NCBI RefSeq assembly: GCF_006345805.1
Contig: NC_043001.1
Coordinates: 76,384,001 to 76,448,000 of the forward strand
Direction: 5' to 3'
From: Octopus sinensis
Lineage: Eukaryota
DNA length: 64,000 nucleotides
The notes beneath the pieces are model-generated. The model did not search any database. It saw only the letters and a program-made list of their open reading frames with translations, and had not been told where the DNA came from. Each line of letters opens with the position of its first letter. The first letter of the stretch is position 1. Positions 14,447 to 26,436 of the stretch are shown here, piece after piece. Made by a program: the position numbers and the translations under genes.

Positions 14447-15230
14447 TTTGAGGTGGTATCAAAGAGTTCCTGGACTAGTTACATTTAATAAATAAATAAC
14501 TAATTTACCTAAGTTTTAACATCATCTCCTTCGAAATAGTCACTCTGGGCAACACTACACCAGTCCCAGCATTCCTGTCACTTGGAATCCAGCCCAGAAG
14601 TCATTTTCCGTAAGCGAATCGAAAACTTCCTACTGTACACTCTAGATCTCAGCGACCTTTAAGCTGCACTTTTATCATGGGGAAGAGATAGAAGTATGCA
14701 GGTGCTAAATCAGGTGAATAGGGCAGGTGCAGAAGCGATGCCATGTTTTTGGCAAGAAACTCATGAGTGAGGAGAGCTCAGTGACAGGGTGCATTGTTGT
14801 CATGAAGAATCCAGACACTTGGATTACATGCATGGACCAACAACATCAGCAGTGTCGTCAATTGTTCTCTGACAATCTTCATGCACAAGCTGATGAATTT
14901 TCTCCACATTTGCAGGGGCAACACTCATGGGAGATCTCCCAGATCACTCATCATCTTCCAAAGATGTTCTTCTGTCTTTAAAGCACTCCTGCCACTCGAA
15001 ACATTGTGTATGACCCATTGCCTCACCACTGCAAGCATGCCAAAGTATGCTCACAGTCTCTGTAGCAGACTTCCCAAGTTTAATGCAAAATTCCACGGCT
15101 CTTTGTTTCAACTTCCTGTCCATGACAAAAATCGCAGGCTACAGCATACACCTGATCACAAAAACGCCAAATTTCACTGCAGGGATGTCACTCAGCACAC
15201 TGCCTCATGAAGATCACTGCTAGCTCTCAC
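14447..15230 (-). mobile_element. Mariner remnant
   Basis: LHDNNAPC near 14782-14812 and PYSPDLAPAYF near 14693-14728 on the minus strand. Confidence 0.7.
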
Positions 15231-15304
15231 TACACATGCACTGCCATCTGTTGGCATGCTACAGAATTCATATATATGTATGTGTGTATGTATAATATAT
15301 ATAT

Positions 15305-16131
15305 ATATATATAAAAGGCAGTTTGTCTGTCTGTGTGTCTGTCAGGTTGTACCCTCATCCTGACCACGGCTTTCAACCGATTCTGATGAAACTTGACACA
15401 CACATAGCCCAATGTCATAATTCAAAACTAATGCAGCAAAAATTTTTAAAAGTTCCCCCAGTTCTGAAAAAAACTGATAAATTCGACATGGGGTTGAGAG
15501 TCTAAGCTTATATGCAACACATTTTCCATTGTAGTTCTCGCAACTTGCAATCGATTTTCACCAAACTCATGGAGAAGCTTAATGTTACCCTAAGGAACTT
15601 AATTCTGACGTTAGTTTTCCATGCAATACCTTGCCATCAGAAAAAATCAATAAAATCATGCCATTTTGGGAAATCGCGTTCAAATTCAAGATGATATATT
15701 TTCGACAATATCTTTAACAAACAGGCAGGAATTTTTTTTGAAATTCTCAGCGAGCATCATGTCTGCTCCAAGGAGCTATATGGCCCTTTTGATTCCAATA
15801 GGATACGTTATTACTGGAAAAAATCGGTTAATTACATCATATGTGGCACACATAGCAAACCGATTTTTCTGCGATATTTTTTGAAAGTTCACATAGATTT
15901 TCCCTACACCGATGTTGGACATCAAGTTTGCATTAAATGTCAAACTAACGACCTTTTGTCAATGCAGTTAACAAGTATTGGGAGAAATCGACAAAACCAT
16001 ATCACTTTGAGAGCAACCATGATTTTACAAAATAACGGTTCAATGAGTACAAAAAAGGGTAAAAAGGTAAAGGGCATTGCTTATTGACAAAGTTTCTTAC
16101 ATACCCGGGCAACGCTGGGCTATGCTGCTAG
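15305..16131 (+). mobile_element. Non-autonomous Helitron-like element
   Basis: 5' TATATAAAA followed by a (GTCT)n tract; 3' hairpin CCCGGGCAACGCTGGG (16104-16119) and terminal CTAG|T. Confidence 0.65.
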
Positions 16132-16139
16132 TATATATA

Positions 16140-16325
16140 TATAGTTAATCCAAACATGAAAGCACAAAAAACACAACAACGCAAGGACGTAGAACAAATA
16201 TAGTATTATTGGATGCTCAGGAAAGGAGAGTTTAACGTTTTGAGCGGAGCTCTTCGTCGGAAACATAGGAGAAGGGAAGACAGAGGAAAAAAATCGCCAA
16301 CAGTACACACGCGGTCACATTTTGA
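16140..16325 (-). mobile_element. Penelope pLTR-like repeat with a hammerhead-like motif; partial relatives at 8358-8426 and about 52205-52400
   Basis: The AGTTAATCCAAACATGAAA...GGACG..GAACAAATATAGTATTATTGGA segment is shared with 8358-8426; the motif is at 16230-16264. Confidence 0.55.
16230..16264 (-). ncRNA. Degenerate minimal type-I hammerhead ribozyme-like motif
   Basis: Minus strand: GTTT-CCGACGA-A-GAGC tcc GCTC-AAAA-CGTT-AAAC. Core variants U4C and G12A. Confidence 0.45.
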
Positions 16326-16326
16326 A

Positions 16327-16373
<47 letters not shown>

Positions 16374-16454
16374 ATATAGAAGACAAGAAAATGTGGCATC
16401 AAGTATAGGATTCAGAAACCTGTATTTGCTGTATAGTTGTGCTAACCTCTACAC

Positions 16455-16652
16455 CAGGCATCCCCAAACTTTTTAGACCATCAACCCCTTCATGGAATCC
16501 TTTACCCCTCATCGAACCCCAGGCATGTACAAGAAAATAAATAAATAATAATAATAATTAAGTAGATGTGCATTTATCGACCCCTTGGATAGTCCCATCG
16601 ACCACCCCACCCTCTTTCCCAAGGTCGATATCGACCACTTTGGAGACCCCTG
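16455..16652. mobile_element. hAT-type MITE
   Basis: CAGGCATCCCCAAA / TTTGGAGACCCCTG termini; degenerate 8-bp TSD CTCTACAC / CTATACAT. Confidence 0.6.
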
Positions 16653-16938
16653 CTATACATCAAAGCATTATATATATGTTTATATATAACTTTTTTCTGT
16701 CTTTTATATTATGTATATCTAATATAGAAGAAGACTGAAAAAAGTTGTAATATCACATATTGGATTTGAACACTTGTTTGTTGTAAACTGCATAGCTTTG
16801 CTAACTACTACACCAAAGCAACATCACAACTTTGATTGTCAAAATTAGAAGTCCTTGCCTAAGTAACTAAGATTATACATAACAGTGACCTGTCAGTGGG
16901 ACCTCTGTCAACACAGTATCAAGGTATGGTATTATATA

Positions 16939-17156
16939 TGAGGGAGTGCTGAAAAGTTCCTAGCTTTGGGTAAAAGAAAATACAGGAAGATCAATTAATT
17001 ATAATTCTATTCAACATATTACTCCCTCAGATTCACAGACTTATTTCACTGGTCCTTCAGTTTCTCTAAGCCATGAAAGAACTCAGAAGGTTGGACCTCC
17101 AATCAGGCCTTTCGTGATACCCTTAAAGCCAGGGACTTTTCAGCCCCCACCTCATG
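16939..17156. mobile_element. Mariner-type MITE
   Basis: TIRs TGAGGGAGTGCTGAAAAGTTCCTAGCTTT / AAAGCCAGGGACTTTTCAGCCCCCACCTCA in TA context. Confidence 0.65.
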
Positions 17157-17174
17157 TATATATATATATATATA

Positions 17175-17715
17175 TTGGGTTGTCCAGAAAGTTCGTGCCG
17201 ATTTGTAAAGGAAAGAAAAAGGTCAATAAATACTTGCCATTACATTTTTAATCAACCAAATATGAACCATTGTGTTGCACAATGCGTCTTCATCTTTCCT
17301 TTAACTTGAAAATACCCTCTTCCCAGAACTGAGGTGGTTTCATGGCAAAGAATTCATCAAGATATCTTTTTACATCATCCAAGGAATTGAAATTTTATTC
17401 TTAAGACTATTCTGCAGAGACCTGAATAAGTGGAAATCCGAAGGAGCAATATCTGGTGAATATGGACGGTAGGGTAACACATCTCAGCCGAGCTGCAACA
17501 ATTTTTGTCTGGTTCCCAAAGCATCAAGTGCTGAAAATGAACTTTCTTACAAAATTAACACAGGTTATAGGAACATAAACTTTCTTCCACGAAAAGATAG
17601 CTTAAACTGTGCTCTAATTGGAGGTGTAGTCAAATCCTATTTTATGGACTCAACCATGTTCTAAAATAAGTCGAAAGGTAAGCTACTGTAAATCGGCACA
17701 AACTTTCCGGACAAC

Positions 17716-17719
<4 letters not shown>
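17175..17719 (-). mobile_element. Mariner internal-deletion derivative (545 bp)
   Basis: ~30-bp TIRs TTGGGTTGTCCAGAAAGTTCGTGCCGATTT with TA flanks; residual PYSPDIAPSDFHL. Confidence 0.85.
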
Positions 17720-17756
<37 letters not shown>

Positions 17757-20489
17757 AGAGAGAGAGAGATGAAGATGTATAACAGTTGTAACTTCCCATG
17801 CAGGATTCATATGGTGTACCTGCTGTCGCCTCCACTTTTTTTTCCATTATTCAACACAACTTCCTTCTTAATTATATGTTAATATTTCTCTATATATCAG
17901 CATTAGAGTATTAGTTTTGTTTACCTTGATGTTAATTATAGCAAACAACATAAAATTTTACTGTCTTTTATACTGAGTATATTCTAGTAATTTAACAGCT
18001 ATTGGTAAACTCCTATAGAACTTGGCCTGCCAAAGTCGCAGCATGGTTCCTGTTTCTAGTGGAGGCATTTTTACCTCCTTTATGTCATAAAAGCTGTTGA
18101 AGAGTGTCATCAAATCACAAATACCTGTTGTTTCCCTCTTAGAATTTAGGCAAGTGTTTCTCAATTGTGTTCCGTATGACCCTTGAGGTTTCATATAAGA
18201 TTTTGTTGTTAAAATTTATGTGCAGTAAATGTACAATACATTAAATATTTTAACAATTTTTTTAATACAATTCCTAATAATATTTTCTAGAAATATAATA
18301 TGATTTTTTTTTTAAACTTCAAATGGCTCTGGGGGTTCATCCAAGTAAAACAGGAATCAAAAGGGTCCATAGGTAAAAAATGGTTGAGAACCCCTGATCT
18401 AGGCCTTTATGTCTACTAATCCTTTCGCCACCATATTTCCATTGAAATACACTGACTTCATTTCAATCAGTTTTTTTTTTTTTAATAATGAGGAATTTAA
18501 TAAAATACCTTTGTCATTATTGAACTGGTGTTTGGAACATAAATTAACATGGAATTTTTAAAAGAAGGTGTTAATTTATACCACTGTACAACAGGAAATT
18601 TGTATCATAGAACCAAGGAAAGTCTCTAGCAGGTCAGTTTCAGAAGGATAACATAAAAAACATGCACAGCTTAACCGTTTGTTAGAATATTTCTATTGAA
18701 ATATACTGTCTTCATTTCAATTCATTTTGAAAATAATGAAGAATTTAGTAAAATAAATTTATCATTATTAACGCTTTTGTTACTGTATTTCTTTTGAAAT
18801 ACACTACCCTTGTTTCAGTTAATTTTTGAAATAATGAAGGAATTAATAAAATAACTTTCATTATTAAGCTGGTGTTTTGAACATAACATTAATTTATTTA
18901 AAAACAGGAAATTTAAACCAAAGAACCAGGAACAGTCATGGAAGGTAGGTATCAAAGGGATTAAAAATGAAACATCTAAATGCATTTTATCAGATATTTC
19001 CAATAATTTTTTTTAGATGAATGTTTCATTTTATGCTAGCATAGACTGCAAAATTTCTACTGTTTACAAATCTAGATTTTTTTTTTCTGGTACAAACATA
19101 TTTTACACCCAACCTTTTATGCTGGCATGGGTTGGGCAATTTGACTGAATATGGCAAGTTAGAGTGCTGTGTTATGCTCCAATGTCTCAGTTTTGACTTG
19201 GTTTCTATAGCTGGATGCCCTTCTCAATGCAAACTACCAAGCGTACTGTCATTGGAGCAGATGTAGCTGTATGGTTAAGAAGTTTGTTTCCCACCCACAT
19301 GATTTCAGGTTCAGTCTCTGCATGACACCTTGGGTAAGTGTCTTCTAATGTAGCTCCAGGCAGACCAAAGCCTTATGAGTGGGTTTGGTAGTCAGAAGCT
19401 AAAAGAAGTCCATCATGGTGACCTCAACCTCATTAGTGCTAGTTGTATTAGAAATGTACCCAGGACACTCTGTAAAGTGACTGGCATTTGGGAAGGCATC
19501 CAGTCAGAGAAACCATGCCAAGGGGAACATTGGAACTCAAGACAACCCTATTGCTTGCTGGCCCCTGTCAAACCATCTAACCAACACCAGCATGAAAAAT
19601 GGATGTTAAACTATAATAATGATGACGATATATATGGATATGTATGTACATGGGTATGTGTGTATATCTCTCTGTCTTGATGTGCATGATAGTTATAAAC
19701 TAGTGGCACCATCATACAAGAAGCATCCTTCATTTCCAACAGTCTGTGAAAATATGCCTGTCCATGGGGAGGATTACCTTACTTTGGTAACAGGAAGGGT
19801 ATCCAACTGTCGAAAATGTGCTTCAACCATTTGTATCTGACCAATATAAGCATGGAACCCTTTAGCATTTAATCCAGCCTAAATATTTTACTTCTTTTAT
19901 GCTAAAATTGACCAGATCCAACCTCCCGTACCTATCCTACAATGTAATTCTAAAAGTATACAAACACACCATTGAAATCTTGAAGCTACAAGGTAATGCA
20001 TTAATGCAAAACAATGGGAATAAATGAGTAATACATTTCACAAAGAGATCTGAATGCTAAAACCAGCACTAGTGAGGTCACCTTGTAACTGGTAAAGCTA
20101 AAGAACCACCACAACTTAATATAAGAGGAATAGGTGAAGTATGATGAAAGGAACAGTTTTATTGTTGTAAAAGGCTGGTAGTGGAGTGAGTAACAAAGTA
20201 AATACTGTTAAGAGGAGTATGGACCAGGAGTTAGAAGGCAATGAGCTGGTAGAATCATTTGCATGCTGGGAAAAATGCTTAGCAACATTTTGTGTTCAAA
20301 TTCCACTGAGATCAACATGGACAGCTGCAACAGAGACTATGAATTCATGACCAAGCAGAAAGGGACACAATAGGCATTCTGGCTTTCTCTACACCAGAAT
20401 TAATTCAACAATGCCAGACATGGTGATGGAAGATCTAAGCAAGGGAATCTGGGTTTTGTCAAGAGAGACAGATGTTAGAGTCACCACCA

Positions 20490-21100
20490 TGGAGCTGGAC
20501 TTGAGTGAGGACTTTCGCTGCCATTCTATACAAGAGGTGCAAGGGACGAATTCTGACAGCCAAAGTCAAAAAGAACTGTTTGATAAAGACAAACCAGTTC
20601 TTGAACAAGCTGAGGCATCCTGTTGAGCCAGGAATTCTCTGGATCTTCTCAGATAAAAAAAAATTCTGCCAAGACCAGTTGCACAACACCTAGAACTGTT
20701 GGTTTGCCTATAATCCATGTGATATTCTGCATATCATAAAAACCAAGTTCCTCCCAATAGCAGTGGTCTCAAGGTGTGTGTCTTCAGTGAGTGTAATATT
20801 ATGATGCCCCACTTCTTTGGACAGAGCCTTAGGTTCTGTTCAGATGGCTATGCAAAGCTGCTGGAGACTGTGACTGGAAATAATTGCTTTTGGAATGCCA
20901 TATGTGTGGGTGCAGGATTTGGTTTCTTGTCATATCTACAACTTCACTGACCCCAATTTCTGGCCTCCTAATTCCCCCAATTGTAATCCCATTGATTAAC
21001 ATGTGTGGAGCATGGCTGAGAAAAACATTAACTGCTCTGCTTGAAACACTAAGGCCAAGATCAAGGAGGTGTTCAAAGATATTCCCAGGGACACAGTAAA
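20490..21100 (+). mobile_element. Tc1/mariner-superfamily transposase remnant
   Basis: NKLRHP.EP..LWIFSD.K.FCQDQ, MMPHFF, NFWPPNSP.CNP.D across frames. The same family occurs at 55100-55700. Confidence 0.7.
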
Positions 21101-21589
21101 TCATACTCTCTCTCACTCTTTTTACTCTTTTACTTGTTTCAATCATGTGACTGTGGCCAAGCTGGAGCACCACCTTTAGTCAAGCAAATCGACTCCAGGA
21201 CTTATTCTTTGTAAGCCTAGTATGTATTCTATCAGTCTCTTTTGCCGAACCACTAAGTTATATGGACATAAACACACCAGCATCGATCGTTAAGCAATGT
21301 TGGGTGGGACAAACTCAGACACACAAACATATACACACACATACATACATATATATATATATATATTATATACACATATATACGACGAGCTTCTTTCAGT
21401 TTTCATCTACCAAATCCACTCACTAGGCTTTGGTCGGCCCGAGGCTATAGTAGAAGATGTGGGACTGAACCCGGAACCATGTGGTTCGTAAGCAAGCTAC
21501 TTACCACACAGCTACTCCTACGCCTATATACATAATATATATATATGTGTGTGTGTATATATTATATATATATTATATATATTTATTTA

Positions 21590-22699
21590 TATATAGAAGG
21601 AGCTTCTACAGGACTAGAATGTTTCATTCAAGAGAAATCTTCAGGAAGCTAGTTAACAAGAATTGTATTGGCTTAACATTTAGGCAGGTTTAACGGGGTG
21701 TTGGTGGGGGAATTTTTTGGGGGAGGCATAGCACAAAATATCAGATGGGGGAGTGGTCAAGGAGTCAGTGTTAAATTAGTAGAAGAATAAATAAAAAAAT
21801 AAAAAAATAAAAATAAAAAAATAAAATAAAAAAACCTATATATAAAAAAAAACAAAAAAACCATATATAAAAGGGTGGATAGAGTTTAGGTAAAATAAGG
21901 AGATTCTAACTTTACCTATGCACACATGTATTACATACATACACACACATGCAAACATATATACACATACATACAAACATACATACACACACATATATAT
22001 ACACTTACACATACACATGCATATACATATCTACACATACACATATATGTATACACACACACACTCACATGCATACACGTATACACAAATGTATATATAC
22101 ACACACGACCTAACATACATATACGCACAGAAAAATATATATTACAATACACACACATACTCAATACACGCATACACACACATATCCACACACACACATG
22201 CACACAGCACACTAGTCCCTATATACACATATATACACATACAAACAATATCACACACATACATACATATACATACATGTATACATATACATAGTGTACC
22301 TATGCAAACCTACACATACACACATATATATACACATACTAATACAGACCCATTCCCTAATTTTAATTTATTATCTTCGTTTATTAACTTTTGTTATCTT
22401 TGGCCGCTTGGTCACAAGCATCTTGGCTATGACAGCCAGTCCATTCATCTGTCTACTGGAAAACAAGCACTCATTCACTCACGCACACTCTTTAGCACGT
22501 ACTCTCTCATTCGTACACTCATACACATACACGCACGCACGCGTTATATTCATACATACATCCATCTACATACATTCACGTATATACACATCCGTACGCG
22601 TACCTACAGATTTATGTCTACACTCTTAGAAGGCTAGTCAATATATATACACCAATAAATATAAATACACACAACATACATATACACCTACATACAAAT

Positions 22700-22747
<48 letters not shown>

Positions 22748-23436
22748 CATATATATATATATATATATTCACATATATATATACATACACATATATACAC
22801 ACACACATATATACACACACATACGCATACACACACAATACATATATATACACTACACGCACATACACATGTACATGCGTACCCATACACACACACACAC
22901 ACACACGCGCGCATCCATATATACACATAAGTACACACATGCGTAAAAGTATACATATATCTATGCTTACACATACACCACACACACGCGCCTCCTTATT
23001 CACTTACATGCATACTCAAAAAATAAGTAAATAGTAAAATATATATACGCGCAGTTATTCGTACATGCATACTCAAAAAATAAATAATAAATATTAAGTA
23101 TATGTACGTGCAGTTACCTATATATAGACGGATACATACATATAAACTTACACACACACATATATATAATATATATATATACATATACATATATATCAGA
23201 ACATACAATACACATACATATATACTACATATAACATCTACATATATACACACACAACATACACATACATATATACATTATATATACATACTAACACATG
23301 TACATATAAATACACACATAGATAATTCTACGTACCTACATATGCATAAACACACGAGCGTACGCGCATTGTACATATACACATACACATACACACGCAT
23401 ATATATACATACATACTTACACATACACACATGTAT

Positions 23437-23475
<39 letters not shown>

Positions 23476-23577
23476 CTATATACATACACATACACATATA
23501 TATATTATTATATATATATATAATATATTATATATATATAGATATATATATATATATATGTGTATGTGTATGTTATG

Positions 23578-23609
<32 letters not shown>

Positions 23610-23897
23610 ATACATGTGTGTATGTGTAAGTATGTATGTATATATATGCGTGTGTATGTGTATGTGTATATGTACATATGCGCGTACGCTCGTGTGTTAT
23701 GCATATGTAGGTACGTAGAGTTATCTATGTGTGTATTTATATGTACATGTGTGTAAGTATGTATATATATGTATATATGTATGTGTATGTGTGTGTGTGT
23801 GTATATATGTAGATGTATATGTATGTATATATGTATGTGTATGTGTATGTGTATAATATATGTATGATATGTATATATATATATATATATATAATAT

Positions 23898-23948
<51 letters not shown>

Positions 23949-24400
23949 TATATTATATATATATATATATATGTGTGTGTAAGTTATATGTATGTATCCG
24001 TCTATATAATAGGTAACTGCACGTACATATACTTAATATTTATTATTATTTTTTGAGTAGCATGTACGAATAACTGCGCGTATATATATTTACTATTTAC
24101 TTATTTTTGAGTATGCATGTAAGTATGAATATAAGGAGGCGCGCGTGTGTGTGTGTATGTGTAAGCATAGATATATGTATACTTTTACGCATGTGTGTAC
24201 TTATGTGTATATATGGATGCGCGCGTGTGTGTGTGTGTGTATGGGTACGCATGTACATGTGTATGTGCGTGTAGTGTATATATATGTATATGTGTGTGTA
24301 GCGTATGGTGTTTATATATGTGTGGTATATATGTGTATGTATATATATATGTGAATATATATATGTATATGATATATATATATATGTATATAGATTATAT

Positions 24401-24431
<31 letters not shown>

Positions 24432-25560
24432 ATTGTATGTAGGTGTATAGTATGTGTGTGTATTTATATTTATGGTGTATATATATTGATAGCCTTCTAA
24501 GAGTGTAGACATAAATCTGTAGGTACGCGTACGGATGTGTATATACGTGAATGTATGTAGATGGATGTATGTATGAATATAACGCGTGCGTTGCGTGTAT
24601 GTGTATGAGTGTACGAATGAGTGAGAGTACGTGCTAAAGAGTGTGCGTGAGTGAATGAGTGCTTGTTTTCCAGTAGACAGATGAATGACTGGCTGTCATA
24701 GCCAAGATGCTTGTGACCAAGCGGCCAAAGATAACAAAAGTAATAAACGAAGATAATAAAATTAAAATTAGGGAATGGGGTCTGTATTAGTATGTGTATA
24801 TATATGTGTGTATGTGTAGGTTTGCATAGGTACACATATGTATATGTATACATGTATGTATATGTATGTATGTGTGTGTATATGTGTGTGTATGTGTATA
24901 TATGTGTATATAGGGACTAGTGTGCTGTGTGTGCATGTGTGTGTGTGGATATGTGTGTGATGCGTGTATGTGAGTATGTGTGTGTATGTGTATATATATT
25001 TTTGTGCGTATATGTATGTGAGGTCGTGTGTGTATATATACATGTGTGTATACGTGTATGCATGTGAGTGTGGTGTGTATACATATATGTGTATGTTGTA
25101 GATATGTATATGCATGTGATGTGTAAGTGTATATATATGTATATATATGTGTGGTAGTATGTGTGTATGTATGTGTATATATGTTTGCATGTGTGTGTAT
25201 GTATGTATACATGTGTGCATAGGTATAAGTGAGAATCTCCTTATTTACCTAAAACTCTATCCCCCCTTTTTTTTTATATATAGGTTTTTTTGTTTTTTTT
25301 GTATATATAGGTTTTTTATTTTATTTTTTATTTTATTTTTTTATTTTTTTTATTTATTCTCTATCTAATTTAACACTGACTCCTTGACCACTCCCCCAAG
25401 TATGATATTTTGTGCTATGCCTACCCCAAAAAAGTCCCCCACCAACACCCCGTTAAACCTGCCTAAATGTATAAATGCCAATACAATTCGTGTTAACTAG
25501 CTCCTGAAGATTTCTCTTGAATGAAACAGTTCTAGTCCTGTAGAAGCTCCTTCTATATAA
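21590..25560. repeat. ~4 kb palindrome (2-kb arms) centred in a (TA)n tract near 23520
   Basis: Unique segments at 21593-21900 and 22350-22480 recur inverted at 25250-25558 and 24660-24780, with many small indels. Confidence 0.9.
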
Positions 25561-25658
25561 TAAATTATATTTTACTCTGCTATGTATTGAGTACCTTATT
25601 TACTGTGGTTAACCCCGAATCAACCCGGGACCTACATATATTATATATTATATATAAT

Positions 25659-25690
<32 letters not shown>

Positions 25691-25790
25691 ATGGCAGTCT
25701 CCCACACAGTTTTTATCAACAAAATTCATTTACAAAGAATACTTTGGTTTGAAGCTATAGGAAAAGACACTTATCCAAGGTGCTGAGTGG

Positions 25791-26061
25791 TAGCACATTG
25801 GTACATTGTACATTGGAGTGTATCAATGTACAACTAGCAAGAACAGCATGCCAAAGAGAACTCATTATCTCTAGTAGGATATCCTTTTCTACACCAAGCA
25901 CCTGAAGTGACACATCCTGCACTGATTAATGCAACACAACCAGATGCACAATATCCTATCCCTAAGGGACAGCTGCACGATGGATTGAAATAATCGTTGT
26001 GTTGAATAAAGATTTATACTAAGTTCATCTTCTGTTTCCTTCGTCAATTATAAACTCAACA
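25791..26061 (+). mobile_element. Probable solo LTR (271 bp)
   Basis: Starts TGCTGAGT, ends ACTCAACA (7/8 inverted match), AATAAA at 26005-26010, 4-bp TSD AAGG (25787-25790 / 26062-26065). Confidence 0.55.
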
Positions 26062-26212
26062 AAGGCTGCAGATTTCCAGGCATAAATCCAGTGAAAATTA
26101 TATCGTAACTATGGATGACATCAGGTAGGCTAAATGGTAAATGTGCTTTAATCGACATACCAAGAGACATATACCCAAAGTCCGAGTAGTTACATATTCT
26201 GTAGAATATATA

Positions 26213-26436
26213 CCGTAAATCCTCGAGTAGAGTCTGTCCTTGAGTATAATACACAGGGGAAAGGTATTTTTGCGCCCGACATCACAAAATGAATAAACAT
26301 TGCTGGACAGCAAATAGAGACTCGGACATTGCTTAGAAAATATTTTTCATTCTTAACCTTGTATATAGTATGCACTAGGGATTTTGACCTTTAAATTTTT
26401 GGGGAAAAAATGCGGATTATACTAGAGGATTTACGG
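26213..26436. mobile_element. Pogo/Tigger-type MITE
   Basis: TA|CCGTAAATCCTCGAGTA ... TACTAGAGGATTTACGG|TA. Confidence 0.75.
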
